In this document: positions 37,791 through 50,949 of the stretch, piece after piece | Position numbering within the stretch: position 1 is the stretch's first letter | How the letters are laid out: each line of letters opens with the position of its first letter | Assembly (NCBI GenBank): GCA_030264375.1 | Contig: JASCQW010000150.1 | Span: forward strand, 21,652,780-21,716,779 | From: Carcharhinus longimanus | Taxonomy: Eukaryota | Length of the DNA stretch: 64,000 bases | Direction of reading: 5' to 3' | Made by a program: the position numbers and the translations under genes | Notes under the pieces: model-generated | Told to the model about the DNA's origin: nothing | Database searches by the model: none | Seen by the model: the letters and a program-made list of their open reading frames with translations, nothing else

Positions 37791-38784
37791 GTTACTCAAT
37801 TGGTTAGAAAGCATTTTGGCTTTATTCAGTATAATAGCAATACATTACTGTACAAAAATGTGATACCGTCTGCAATAGGAATTTTTTCCCAAAAAAGAAG
37901 CTGTTGGGAATTCATCAGAACGANNNNNNNNNNNNNNNNNNNNNNNNNNNNNNNNNNNNNNNNNNNNNNNNNNNNNNNNNNNNNNNNNNNNNNNNNNNNN
38001 NNNNNNNNNNNNNNNNNNNNNNNGTTGGGAATTCATCAGAACGACAGATATTTTATTAGCACAAATAATTTGCATATCTCTGGAATCTTTCACATTCTCA
38101 GCACTCTCCGTGTGCTTCACGGTCAATTAATTACTTTTAAAGGTCATTTTTGAGTAGACAGAATTGTAGCGAGAGCCTACAATCAGAAGGCATTGAATGA
38201 TCGGTAAATCAAGACCACTGATTCAACCATTACAGAGCAACTGAATTTTGATTTCAGATGTCAGGAAAAAAAGTCCCGTAGTGCCTTGTTTTAAAAACAG
38301 GATTTGTTTTATTACAGCACCTTGAACAATTGTGCAGAATTATTAATGAATATGGTCAAGGAATGTAAGTTTTCGCCCTGCCCCCAAAAGGTTACAAAAT
38401 CCTAGAATCTTGTGCAGTGAAAGACGAATTTGCTTTATTTAGCTCTTATGTTTCAATTGGTTAAAAAAAAATGCTGGGTGTTGAGATTGTTAGCATGACA
38501 AACTCTAAGGTAGTGCTATCAAAATGTTTGTAGGCATACTGGATGTTCTATGCTAATTGAGGTTAGTGATGAGGGCAAGGGATATGAAATGCCCATTTTA
38601 TGTTGAGGGGACCTCTTCAAGTATTCTAAACTTTTATACAATTTACTACGAAATCTTTTGAGGTGATTTTTGAGAAGTATTTGAGTTAAAATGGCAAATA
38701 GTGCAGAAATTGAGATTTAAGACCATGAACCAGTTTTTTAAGGTGAGTATTTGCGTAACAAAATTCCTTTGTCGTCCAATGCAG

Positions 38785-38887
38785 GTCTATGCTTCAACAT
38801 CAAGTGAGGAATATAGTAGAGATTCAGCTGGATATTCTTCATCCAAACCTTCAGGTTCTGTATTTCCAGGCTCCTTCTATATCCAAG
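38785..38887 (+). CDS. TCF3: E-protein exon (approx. exon 9): VYASTSSEEYSRDSAGYSSSKPSGSVFPGSFYIQ
   Basis: tgcag| acceptor, AAG|gtaaaa donor; 103 nt, phase 0 to 1. Confidence 0.95.
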
Positions 38888-39039
38888 GTAAAAGGCTAAT
38901 TTCTGATAACTGAATTAATCAACATTGAACTGGTGAATGCTTTTGTGTTTTTATTAAGTTCACAAATGATTGTGAAAATATGTCTAATCGAGCTTTTGAA
39001 AAGTCTGTTTTCTTGAGGAAACCACTACTTGTTAACTTG

Positions 39040-39237
39040 AAATAAAAACTGAAAATGCTGAATAATGCATCAGGTCTGGCATCATCACTGAAGAGAGAAA
39101 CAGTTAACATTTTGAGTCTGTATAACTTCAGAAGAAATGTTAACTCTGTTTCTGTCTCCACAGATGCTGCCGGACCTGTTGAGTTTAACCAGCATTTTCT
39201 GTTATTTCAGCTTTCCAGCATCAACAGTATTTTGCAT
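39040..39237. repeat. Family C inverted-repeat (fold-back) element
   Basis: gaaaatgctg...gagagaaacagttaacatt / aatgttaactctgtttct...cagcattttc. Confidence 0.75.
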
Positions 39238-40609
39238 CTATTGTTATCTTGTGTAGTTCTAATTTTATACATTCTCATTGCTTGAAAACACCTCTGGAAT
39301 ATTACCCAAACAAATTAAATGGAAAAGAAACTCAATACCACCAAAAAGAAATCTAAATTGATACACTGCTAGAACTGAAGTTACTCATAGAAGTTCATTG
39401 TAAAAAAAAATTCTATAGGAAAGCTAGTCCCATCAAGGAAAAACTATAAGAGATTAAACTTGAGGATTGGGGTCTTCCTTCTCTGTTCTGCAAATATTGG
39501 TCAAAACCATTGCAGCCCAAGAATATTTGCAGATGCTTTGAGCCTTGCAGATCTTCTCAAACCAGTTTTTTCCATTGTGCCCCTGCATAATTTTCATTTG
39601 TTTTGTTTGTTTTATGTATCTTGGCTGATAGTTTTGATTGAAGAGCCAAGAATGTCTTGTAAATGTGATGGTCAAGTACAGCAAGTCTTCCTGCAGTCTA
39701 ACCTGAGGTACAAGAGAATTATGACAGTTCTTGTTGCTCTTATTGTCTTTGCACCAGCCATGCCAATTCTGGAACTGTGGAGTTGGTCTAATAAAGTTAT
39801 CAGTGGATAAAGGCATCAATCTCTGGCTGATGTTGCAGTTGATGCCATCTCAATGAGTTGATTCTTCACCTACCTCTTGTACGAAGAAAAATCTTTCACT
39901 TAAGCAGGTTCAATGTGACAAATATTTAATAGGGATGTCCTAACTGGCAAGACTTCTGTGTCTTGAGTCTCTGCAGCATTCCTGCTTATGGTGGGAGTGG
40001 GCTGAAGTTCACTCCATANNNNNNNNNNTTCAGCAACAGATTAGTGGTAATCACAGATTGAATTTATGGAGCAGCTTTGAGGGGGTGTCCAAGAATAATG
40101 AATCTGGATCAGCAAGGATTTGATTGAAAATAGCAGCTGAACACAACACAGTGATATTGTATTTTTCACTGTCTTCAGTTTGAAGATGCATGGTTTCTAG
40201 TTTTTGTCTTTAAAAGTTCTACTACATCGAATCCTGAATTTTTTGTGAATTTGATTGGTGTCCGTGGGCTTAACGTTAGAGGGATCTGTTTGAAATTAAT
40301 CTTTGTATCCATGCAATTTTGAGCCCAGAGCTTTTGCTACATGTATGTAGTCATGGTAACCTAAACGTATTTGCAGAGGTTTCAGATGCACTTACGGCAG
40401 TTGCCTGGATTGAGTATCCTCACACCAGTGAGCCAAAAGAGACTTGTATACCACGTGGTATTTAATTTCAAATTTCTTGTGGAGCTGGAGAAGCTCCAAA
40501 TTGAATCTTCCTAGGGTATCCACTTCATAACTTCAGTTAAATTAAACTTTCCGGGGGCAGAGTTTTTTCCCCCAAAATGCAGTATTTAAACGGACCATAA
40601 ATCCCTCAA

Positions 40610-40732
40610 ATAAAAAGGAAAATGCTGGAAATACTCAACAGGGCTGGCAGCGTCTATGGAGACAGATACAGTGCTAATGTTTCGGGTCTGTGACTTCATC
40701 AGAATTTCCAGCAGCTGCAGCATTTAGCTTAT
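40610..40732 (-). mobile_element. Penelope terminal fragment (family C) with hammerhead-like core
   Basis: Minus strand 40702-40680: CTGATGA-AGTC-aca-GACCC-GAAA. Confidence 0.65.
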
Positions 40733-41627
40733 GTAGTTGTTTCCTCAGACATTTAGTATAGTTAATTGTTCTATTTCGGACTGTTTGTCATTCTCACAAA
40801 CTCCTTAAAGCCATGAGCACCCCTCATCTGAGTTTTATACGGAGCCTAAGTTGACCCTGAAAACATGCACTATATTCCCTGCCTCAATCCAAGGATTTTG
40901 GTAACAGGACATGGAATTCATTTAGGGTTGTATGCACCCTTGATGCAACTTGCTAGTCAGCTATTAGCTTAACATGTGTCTTACCGGAACGTAAACATCC
41001 TGGGTAATTTTCCAAGTATTGTGTTGTCCACAAACGCAGCTATATATCACAAGCATTTGAAAAGATCTGCTGTCTGGCTTGAGGATTCTGCCATTTGCAG
41101 CATCTCCATAAAGTGGTTACAGAACATGATTAAAGGCCAGTCCCTTTAGCAGACAAGTTGGAGCCAAATTTCTTTCTTAAAAAAAAATTTGGAAGAAAAT
41201 ATCCCTCTGGCTGTGAGTATCAAATGAATGAGAAAATAAGTTCCATTTAGTTTTAGTCTGCCAATGTTTTTTTTGAATTGTACAAGAACAAAACGCCACA
41301 ATCCTGCTAAAGTTTTCCACATACTGGATATATTGGGCATCTTTGCTGGAGAAAAGCAAAACACTGGAGATCGAAAATGAAAGACAAAAGTGCTAGAAAA
41401 ACACAACCAAAGCAAGAATTTTCAGTCGTCCAACCTGTGGCATGTTTTCCGTTGGCGGAGGCCGCTCATCATTGGCCATTAGCAGGATCCTCTGGTCTCA
41501 CGTCTACAGCATTTTGTGTGACTTGCCCAACCTACCACGTTGGTTCGCCTTCGGATCCGGAAGGTCCCCGCCCTGAGTTGAGGTTTCAAGTTCGATGTGA
41601 CTCGGCGGAACTTGTATATGCTTAAAA

Positions 41628-41716
41628 CGAGTCATACTGGATTCAAAATGTTAATGTTTCCCTCTCCACAGATGCTGCCAATCTTGTTGAGTTTTTCTAG
41701 CATTTTCTGTTTTATA
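41628..41716 (+). mobile_element. Penelope terminal fragment (family C)
   Basis: tctccacagatgctgcca..cttgttgagtttttctagcattttctgttt. Confidence 0.6.
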
Positions 41717-41999
41717 TCTTTGCTGAAAACTGGCATTGTTTTAGAATGGTCTTCTGCTATATGTAAAATTAAATTGCACTTTAAAAGACTTAATAGTCTA
41801 CCGTCTGTTATTTAATGAGAGGTGACATTTTTGTTGATTTGTCGCTTTACCTTTTAATTAAAAGATTGATTAGAGGTGTAGCTGAATGGGCATGAATTAA
41901 CACCAAGGAAGAAAAATTGACCAATTTCTAATGACTTGCCTTCGTGTGCATGAAGGAAATGAAACACTTTTCCTTTCTGACCAGGAAAACAAAACACTC

Positions 42000-42450
42000 C
42001 GGTTGGTGGAAATGTGAATTGAAAACAAGAAATGCTGGAAGTACTTGGCAGGTTCGGAAACACCTGTAGAGAGTGAAAACAAAGTTGATGTTTCAGATTT
42101 GTGACCTTTCATCAGAACTGAGAAAAGTTAGAAATGTAATAGGTTTCGAGCAAGCAAAAGGGGAAGTGAGAGAAGGACAACTAAAAGGAAGGTCTATGAT
42201 TGGAGTTTAAAAGAGATTAAATGACAATAGTTTTAATGGTACAAAGCCAGTGGAGTGGTAATGGGAAGGAAGATGGAAACCAATGAAGGTGAGCAAGGTG
42301 CAAGAGACACCCTTTGGCTTTTGTCATGTAATCTCTCCTTGCCTCTGCCCGATCACTGACCATCCATTTTGCTGAACTCTTCCCTCTCTTCACCCCCACC
42401 CTCCATCCCCTGCACCTTAGCTGTTTCCAGCATTTTCTGTTTTTATTCCT
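42000..42450. mobile_element. Inverted pair of Penelope terminal repeats (family C)
   Basis: 42000-42290 on minus, 42295-42450 on plus; hammerhead core on the minus strand at 42115-42091. Confidence 0.7.
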
Positions 42451-42925
42451 TTTCTAGTCACTTAGCACTTAATGGGATGAGATATGGATTATTAGATGCA
42501 ATTTAGAGTTTTTAGTCAGGTTTAACAGTGGTGCTAAATCAATCTTGAAAAGGTCTGTCCCCTAATTGTATTGTTCGTTTTAACATACTAGATCTTCCTC
42601 TGGCCTATCTGACTGAATTTGTGCAATTGTGGTGAATGAAGGCAATTTTTTGTCTATGGGTTTATATCCACTAGGATCTGGATTAAAAAGATTTTCTTCC
42701 TGCACCAATATGAATTGATTCCAATTATCTCCATTAGATTGTCGGATTTTTGCATGGAATGTAAAAAACATATTGAAAGAACAAAAATGCTTCAGCTGAA
42801 AGTGATTGACTTATTTTACTTTGTTTTGTATGGGTTTTAAGATCAACTTTTTTTTAATAGTTAGATGTGTGAATGACCTTGTATTCCTGTGAGCCACAGT
42901 GTTTAAGTTTTTTGTTGTATTTTAG

Positions 42926-43065
42926 ATGGTATTCACAATGGCCCTGATGTTTGGAACTCATCCAGTGGAATGGGTCAGCCAGGATATGGAGGTTTGATGG
43001 CAAATTCTTCATCCCATTTGTCCCAATCTGGTGGCTACAGCAACCTTCATCCACAAGAACGCCTG
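42926..43065 (+). CDS. TCF3: E-protein exon (approx. exon 10): [25 protein letters not shown]...NLHPQERL
   Basis: ttttag| acceptor, CTG|gtaagt donor; 140 nt, phase 1 to 0. Confidence 0.95.
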
Positions 43066-43175
43066 GTAAGTATGCTTTGCCTTCTGAATAATGATCCTAA
43101 GTTGGAAATGCTTGCTTATCCATTCAATTTTAAGAAAATATGAAAATGTTTCTTTTGTACAGGATGCTCGCAAAA

Positions 43176-43510
43176 GGTGGCGATGGTTAGCATTGTTGCC
43201 TCCGTGCCAGGGACCAAGGTTCGATTCCAGCCTTGGGTATCTGTCTGTGTGGAGTTTGCATGTTCTGCTCCTGACTGCGTGTTTCCTCCAGGTGCTGAGT
43301 TTCCTCGCACAATACAAAAATGTGCAGATTAGGTGGATTGGCCATGGTAAATTGCCCCTTAGTGATCAAGATGTGTGGGATAAGTGGATTATCAATAGTA
43401 AATGTGCGTGATTACAGGGAAAGGGCAGGGGTGGGTCTGGGTGAAATGCTCTGTTGGAGAGTCAGTGCAGACTTGATGGGTTGAATGACCTCTTGCACTG
43501 TAGGAATTAC
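43176..43510 (+). mobile_element. HE1 SINE
   Basis: A box, B box (ggttcgattcc), V core and tail. Confidence 0.85.
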
Positions 43511-46034
43511 ATGTTTCACGTGGTAAAACTGTTGTTGCAAGTATCTCAGTATCATGCTTGGATTTTTTAAAAGATATTTTATTAAGTTAATTGATTTGTA
43601 GTTGCGTTATCAATCTGTTGTAAACCAGTGCTGAAAATGTGANNNNNNNNNNNNNNNNNNNNNNNNNNNNNNNNNNNNNNNNNNNNNNNNNNNNNNNNNN
43701 NNNNNNNNNNNNNNNNNNNNNNNNNNNNNNNNNNNNNNNNNNCAGATTATGGTATCATTCATTTGTTTAACTTCTGGAATTATAGTTTTTCTGAGTAACC
43801 TCATAAAATTATTTCAGAATTGTTTGAGGTAATATGAGCAAACCAAAGCTATTAAAGAACTTCTTTAAAACGAAAACTTAACTGTATTTGTGGCTTAGCA
43901 AGTTACTTTGAATGTTTAATTTTAAATATTGCATGTGTACTCTGGTGCTTTGTGCTTAAATGAATTATGGGTTATTTGTGGGCTTGGATACAAGTGTTTG
44001 TAGTAGAAGTCAGGTAAAGTCATGGTTCTAAAAACCTTCGGGATTTTATAATTGCAAAGTAAGATCAGAAAGTTTGATAGCTTTTTAATCCCCTTTTATT
44101 CATCTATCAATAATAGTGGACAAGTTAAGTTGCATTTAGTTTTTATTTAGACCAGATATTTTTCAGTTGTAGGATAATATACTTGCATTTGTATATTGCC
44201 TAATGTCAGTGTCTTGACTGTCTATTACAGTGAATTACTCTTGAAGTGCACTGTTCTGTAAGCAACATTAGCTGTTAATGCCAGAAGAGTTTTTTGGCAC
44301 CTTTCACTTCTCTTTTTTTTTTCTCATGCCGCCGCCGCCACCACCACCACCCCCGCCCCCATACGATAATGTTCATCTTTTCAGAGGATAGGTATTTGTA
44401 TCCAATATGAATTCCTTGGTCCAATTGCACAGTTTATTTTCTTTGAAGGTCATTTTGAAGAAAATGTCAAAGTAAGAATATTTTAAGCCTACGCCCCCTG
44501 ACAGTCATAATGCCTCAAGCTGTACTGGGGCTAAGCCACAAAGGAATATGATGATCCATCAAAGCCAATTTTTGTAATCAATTTTTAGGTGACCTCTTGT
44601 TAGATTACAACTCACTTTATTTGTTTAAAGTGAAAATTTAATTCTTCCGCATTAACTGTAAACTCATTCATGACTTTGCATGCAGCTCTGCAATCTCAAG
44701 AATGTGAAAACTCTATTTTCTTTAGAAGTTGTGGCTATTATTAATGAGGCTTGAAATTGTCCTGTTTGTTTTCAGGTCAACAGGAGCAGGCAAAGTGCTC
44801 TGAAATGAAAAATTAGTTATTGTGATAGATTTGAATTTCACATTCTCAGCCTGTACATGGATCCTAGAGGGAAAAAAATGAATTCTCTGTACCTGTTTAA
44901 ACAAAAACAAACAATTTTGCTAACATTTTTATTTCGCCTGTTTTGTAGCCCTAGACACTAATTATGGCAAGTTGAAAGACTAAAATGAGCAGCTCAGGCG
45001 ATTTATAGACGCAGCACGTAGCAGTACCCAGCACTACTGTATTTCCAAAATTGTTGACTGATCTAGATCAGCGTCAGTGATTGAAAAAGCAGTTAATTTA
45101 ATATTTTTCCCCCAGTGTCTTTGCTTGTGTGTTAGATCTCCAAACAATATTGAGGAGGGTGGGGAGGAGGAGGAGGAATCTAAATCTGTCTGTCAGTAGA
45201 GAACTCTAAATTTTCCATCACCTAAAAAGATTAAGTACAAAAGAAGTATTGGACAATGCAACTCATTGCCTATCTGAGGCATGGAAAGTTACATCAGCAT
45301 TCAGAGGTCAGATGTAATTTGGCCTGATGAAAAGTAATAATTGAGCCAAATGTAACAATGCACCTCAGCCTCCCAGGAACATTCCTGTACTGAATGAACA
45401 TCTTTCCTATAAGAACCCTCATATCTGAGTGATACTCCTAATTAGTGCTAAATTTGACCACTTTCATGTTATGGGTCATTACTATTAGCACCCCTTTAAA
45501 GATAATGAAGTTGCAGCGATTTTTTTAAAGACTAGGAATACCTTTGTGAAAGTGGTAGCCAGGCATGGGCTCGGTCAGTGTCAAGTCTTTGTCCATTATA
45601 TTTTTAAATTTGATAATTAGCCATATAGATGTGTGTTTTTTCTTTCTTGGCATGACAGTCATGTCTCAACCAAATTCCTCGTGAATAACAAAGGTTATTC
45701 CATGTAGTCTGTCTGGCCCCTTGAGCCAATTGCACGATTTAGTTAAATGATGGCTAATCTGAATCTTAACCACATTTATCCACCTTAATTCCCTATTGCT
45801 TGCCTAATGATGCATGTAATCGCTCAATCTCCATTTTGATTTTTTCAGTAGAGCTAGCATCAGCTTTTTGGGAGGGAGAAGAATTCCAGATTTTCTCTGC
45901 CTTTGGATCAGGATATTGATGATCAGCCATGGCCAAAATTAATGGTGGAGCAGACGTAAAGGGCTGAATGCTCTACTCCTTCTAGTTTCTACGCCTTTAG
46001 TGTAAAAAAAATCCTGAAATTGCCACCTAATTTT

Positions 46035-46385
46035 TTTTATTCATTTGTGGGGCATGGGCATCACTATCTGGCCAGCATTTATTGCCCATCCCTAATTACC
46101 TGAGGGCAGTTGAGAGTCAATCATGTTGCTGTGACTCTGGAGTCATGTAGGCCAGACCAGGTAAGGGTCCTTCCTTAAAGGACATTAGTGAACTAGATGG
46201 TTTTGATGACAATCAACAATGGTTTNNNNNNNNNNNNNTCATCAGATTCTTAATTCCAGATATTTTTTATTGAATTCAAATTCTACCACCTGCTGTAGTG
46301 GGATTTGAACCTAGGTCCCCAGAACATTAGCCAAGTTTCTGGATTGATAGTCCAGTGATGATAACACTGAGCCATCGCCTTCCCA
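46035..46385 (-). mobile_element. tRNA-derived SINE with CR1-type tail
   Basis: Minus strand ggcgatggctcagtg...ggttcaaatccc; tail gggatgggcaataaatgctggcc. Confidence 0.75.
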
Positions 46386-48535
46386 TAAACAATTATCTAG
46401 CAAGGCAAAGACTCTTCGAGCAATTTATATTGAAACCGTGCATCCTCCCTCCACGTGCATTACAGAAGCATGTAGCTTTTAAGAGCAGACTAGGAATTTT
46501 GAAGCTAATGAGCTTAAACATTGTGTACAGTTAATTTTTTAATCATCTGCAGACGTGTAGGAACTGGGAGTATTTTGGAAGAATATACAATAAATTTTAT
46601 TATTTTCCTTCAAATTGGATTAGCTATTTTGCTTTGAATTGTGTTTCAGGCTGTTAATTATGTAAAGAGACTTGTGGTTCTTGTACAAAAAAAATTCATA
46701 GCTCAATTTATATCCATGGACCAGAATAAATGGAGACATAACCCCCGAATGACTACGTGTACTTGAAACCTGTCAGTAGCTCAAGGAGCACGTTCGGCTT
46801 TTGTGATTGTTTATAATCAGGGCCCACATCCACTTAATATTGTCTGCCCAAGTTCCTATAATTATATGTAGTGGGTTACTTATTTTTTTAAATCCTCTGA
46901 ATTTGGTGTGCAGCTTTCAGAAGTTTTGCATTTCACTCAGACTCCTTGCCCATCCTAACCAAGTAGGATGTGAAAGCAACTTATTGTCAAAGGTGCAAAT
47001 AGCCTCCTCCTAAAACTCTTGACCTTTCCTACTAAAAAGACTGACGAATAGTGCTTGTATAGAAGATATTGGTTGTAATTTGCATTTTTGGTAGTTTCTC
47101 TACAAATACATTTTGTAAGTAGTATTCAAAATCTAAGATGGCAGTCAAATGTGCAATTGAAGCCAAAATATTGAGTATTTGAAGCGAGCCATATTTATTC
47201 AGTTGCTAAAGGTCAGATGCAAGGATCCATAAATGAAGCATTGGATTTCATTCTGATTTACAACACTGGCCTGTCATTGTTGAAACATTAGTGGCATAAT
47301 GTTTGGAAATACTTGTGTTTTTTTTGTTTCCTTCAACTCCTGAAGTTGTCTTGTTGCATGCATTTGTTTGTCGCCTCTTCAAAGACTTGCATCATTACCA
47401 CTTGATGACATACGGCTAGTAATCTCACTAGGAGGGCTAGGCACACACACGTTCATGCCTCATTCTGTAAGGAAGCAGTTCCTTCTGCTTGTCATTTGTC
47501 AAAGATGGCCTGATATTAGAAACCTGCATTAGGAAGTATGGGCGTGAACCTGTTCTTTCATTCAGCCATCCTTTCAACTTTTTAAACATTACATAGTTCC
47601 TACGTCTTTTGAAAGGAATCAATGTCATTTTTTTGTTGAGGGGCGGAGATTGTTTGCATGTAGGTAGGAAAGTATATTGCCTGCACACATACTGGTTTAT
47701 TGGGTAGCATTCTTTGCTTATTAGATTTCTAAATGTGGCATATGGGGAAAGCCTTGAACCAATATAGGTTTTGTGATCAGCCTTTTACCCATTGTATTTG
47801 AGATTGAGATAAGAGTAGTAAGTCAGATAAGGAGGGTAGAGTAATTAGTTGTACTTGTGTGGTAGTGTGCCTTTGAGAATTTTTTTAAAAAATCATGTTC
47901 TGTGCATTTGTAAGTTGGCCTTTTGGTTTCATTGTGGGATTGGCTGTCTGTTAAACATCCTTTTATTACTGCTTCAATGGCTTAAATAGGGTTTTGTTTG
48001 TTTTTATCCTGGACCTCCGGTACTTTGTGATCTTTTATGATCCTACATTGTGAGAGGAAAGATTAAGTCAAAGTCAGGTGATTCCTCCCCAGAAAAATCT
48101 AAGGATTCATTTTCCGTTTTAATTCAGAATAGTGTGGACATCAGATGGAAAAGTCGTATTTCAGTCTCCTCCCTGGTATTGGAAATTCTGCTGGCTAGCT
48201 GAAAGCATGGCCTTCTGGCCTTCCTGGAGTGAAAAATCTGCTATTGGTTGGTGGCTTGCCTAAAGTGTGCGACTTTCTCTCGCACTCTCACTCGCTCTCT
48301 CACACTTCGTGCTCCTGCTAGCCAAGTAAAAAATTATATCCAAACAGACTTTATAAAACAATTTAAGAGCATCATGCTATGGTTGATTATGCTGTATGCC
48401 TAACCCTAACTTTTAATTGTGATAAATCCAGGTTTTAAAGTTAATTTGTTCTAGGCACGTGAACTATGACCAATGTACCTTCAGCATTTAGAAAATTGGT
48501 GAACGAGCTTTGTGCCACACGTTCTTCTCTTGCAG

Positions 48536-48683
48536 AGCTACCCAATACACAGTGTGCCATCAACAGAAGTTAATGGAAGTCTTCCTTCTATGTCTGGTTT
48601 CCACTGTCCCAATAATGCAGGTTCGGCTGCGTACGGCGTCTCATCTCACACACCACCAATCAGCGGGTCAGAAACCATCATGA
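48536..48683 (+). CDS. TCF3: E-protein exon (approx. exon 11): SYPIHSVPSTEVNGSLPSMSGFH...SSHTPPISGSETIM
   Basis: ttgcag| acceptor, TGA|gtatgt donor; 148 nt, phase 0 to 1; EVNG.LP and SHTPP motifs. Confidence 0.95.
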
Positions 48684-48799
48684 GTATGTATAGCTTTTTA
48701 ATGCAAAGTTACAGCACTCTTTTGATCTGTTCAGGACTATGAAGTACACGTTGTCCATATCGTGATAGAAAGTAGGGATCCTAAGAACTTAAATAGCAA

Positions 48800-49320
48800 T
48801 ATGGTGGCACGGTGGTTAGCATTGCTGCTTCACAGTGACAGGGACCTAGATTCAATTCCAATTTTGGGTGAATGTGTGGAGTTTGCACATTCTCCCCATG
48901 TCTGNNNNNNNNNNNNNNNNNNNNNNNNNNNNNNNNNNNNNNNNNNNNNNNNNNNNNNNNNNNNNNNNNNNNNNNNNNNNNNNNNNNNNNNNNNNNNNNN
49001 NNNNCATTGCTGCTTCACAGTGACAGGGACCTAGATTCAATTCCAATTTTGGGTGACTGTGTGGAGTTTGCACATTCTCCCCATGTCTGCATTGCCTCTG
49101 GATGCTCCAGTTTCCACCCGCAGTCCAAAGCTGTACAGCTTGGGTAGATTGACCCCACAGATTTGCCTGTTAGTGTCTCAAGATGTGTGGGTTGGGGGGA
49201 GGGAGGGGTTCAGTGGGGTAAACATGAGGGTTTAGGAGGATAGGGTCTGGGCACAGTACTCTGTTGCAGAGTCAGCGCAGACTCAATGGGCCGAGTGACC
49301 ACCTGCACTGTAGGGATTCT
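48800..49320 (+). mobile_element. HE1 SINE (head falsely duplicated across the N gap)
   Basis: ggtggcacggtggttagc ... ctgtagggattct. Confidence 0.85.
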
Positions 49321-50608
49321 AACAGTGCTTTTTGGTGTGTTTTGTCTATGTATCATTTAAGGAGTTGAAATTTCCATTGTCAATTAATGTAGTTGGCACT
49401 GTTGATGTCGCGATCACTTTTGTATTACACTGATTGCCAAGGTGTTCATTGTATTTCTTTGTCCTTTCAACAATTGGAAAGTTTCAGTATTTCTACTTAC
49501 TTTCTATGGGTAGTTTTTGGAGAATTGAATTTTTATGCCAAATGTACTACTAATTCTCTTTTGAGAATTTGGTAATTGAAAAATTCTCAGAATTGCGTTA
49601 AATTCAGACTAGTGAATAAAGATGCTTTGTTGGACAGTTCACAAGTAGAACAAAAAGCGCTCAAATTCTGCATCATGTTGTTTTCATTTGGTGTCTCACT
49701 TTCAACTAATTATTTCCATGTATTTTGTTGAAACAAAATGTTAAAATAATCAACCCAAGTTAAATCTGGTGTCCAAGCTTGATTTATTTGACATATAAAC
49801 TGTAATCTCTACTGTGGTATTTGACATGACCTTACTTGCTAAAATGAGTTGCACAAAAGTACAACTTTTCCTGCATCCTCTTAACAATCTGTCTGATGTT
49901 CACCACTTAGTAAATGTGGTCCCCCTGAGTCTGAAACTAATTGGTTCTTCCTTGAGACTTTTTCTGTAGCCTTAACTCTAGTTGTTGATTGTGTTTTTTT
50001 ACACGTGCCCAGAATGTGCTTTGTGATATTGAAATATCCCTTTAAATTTTTGGTTTCTGAATTTGAAACAGTACACTATGCTAACATCGATCTCTTAACT
50101 ATTCCAGTGCTGCACTGCTCCTGCTGGTTATTACAGCATGAAATTTCCAAAAGGCCATAGATGAGAGTTGGGAGGGATTATATCAGTTTGAAGTGCTTTA
50201 AAGGATAGGCATTCTTTGGTTTTAATGCTAAACCTATTTCACTATAAAGTGAAAATATTGAACCCACATGTAAAGAATCAGTCACAGGTAGAATTACAGC
50301 ACTCTCCATTTAACAGCTGAGTACTTCCAGATTATATGTTGTAATGTTTATGGGATAACGCAATGGCCTGGACTTTGCAGTGGCCAGAATTGACCAGGCT
50401 TGGACTCATTACCCTACTGAAATTAACAGAAACTTCAGGAATTTGTAAGTGCACACAGTCAAAATCTGGATGACACTCAGTGATGCTACACCCCTCCAAA
50501 GAGGGCACTGTTAAGGTACCTCTCACAATCGTGTACACGTACACACGCACACCAGCCCTGGCTGCAATCAATGGTTCACCTACATATTGATAAGGACTTC
50601 CATTCTTA

Positions 50609-50949
50609 TCGTAGAAACCCTATAGTACAGAAAAAGGTCATTTGGCCCATCGAGTCTGCACCAACCACGATCCCACCCAGGCCCCACCCCCATTTCCCTA
50701 CATATTTACCCACTAATCCCTTTAACCTACGCGTTTCAGGACACTAACGGCAATTTTTTTAGCATGGCCAATCAACCTTATCCGCATATCTTTGGACTGT
50801 GGGAGGAAACCGGAGCACCTGGAGGAAACCCACGCAGACACAAGGAGAATGTTTGTGTGGAGTTTGCACAGTGACCCAAGCCAGGAATTGAACCCAGGTC
50901 CCTGGTGCGCTGAAGCAACAGTGCTAACCACTGTGCTACTGTGCCGCCC
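50609..50949 (-). mobile_element. HE1 SINE, full length, with an internal micro-inversion
   Basis: Complete reverse complement from the gggcggcac head to the agggtttcta tail. Confidence 0.9.

Noticed and set aside
23978-38784. HEBAlt/TCF4-A-type Alt coding exon
   Set aside because: No MYCAY or YYYNGK-like coding sequence found by eye; the donor at 33723 has no in-frame ATG or similarity
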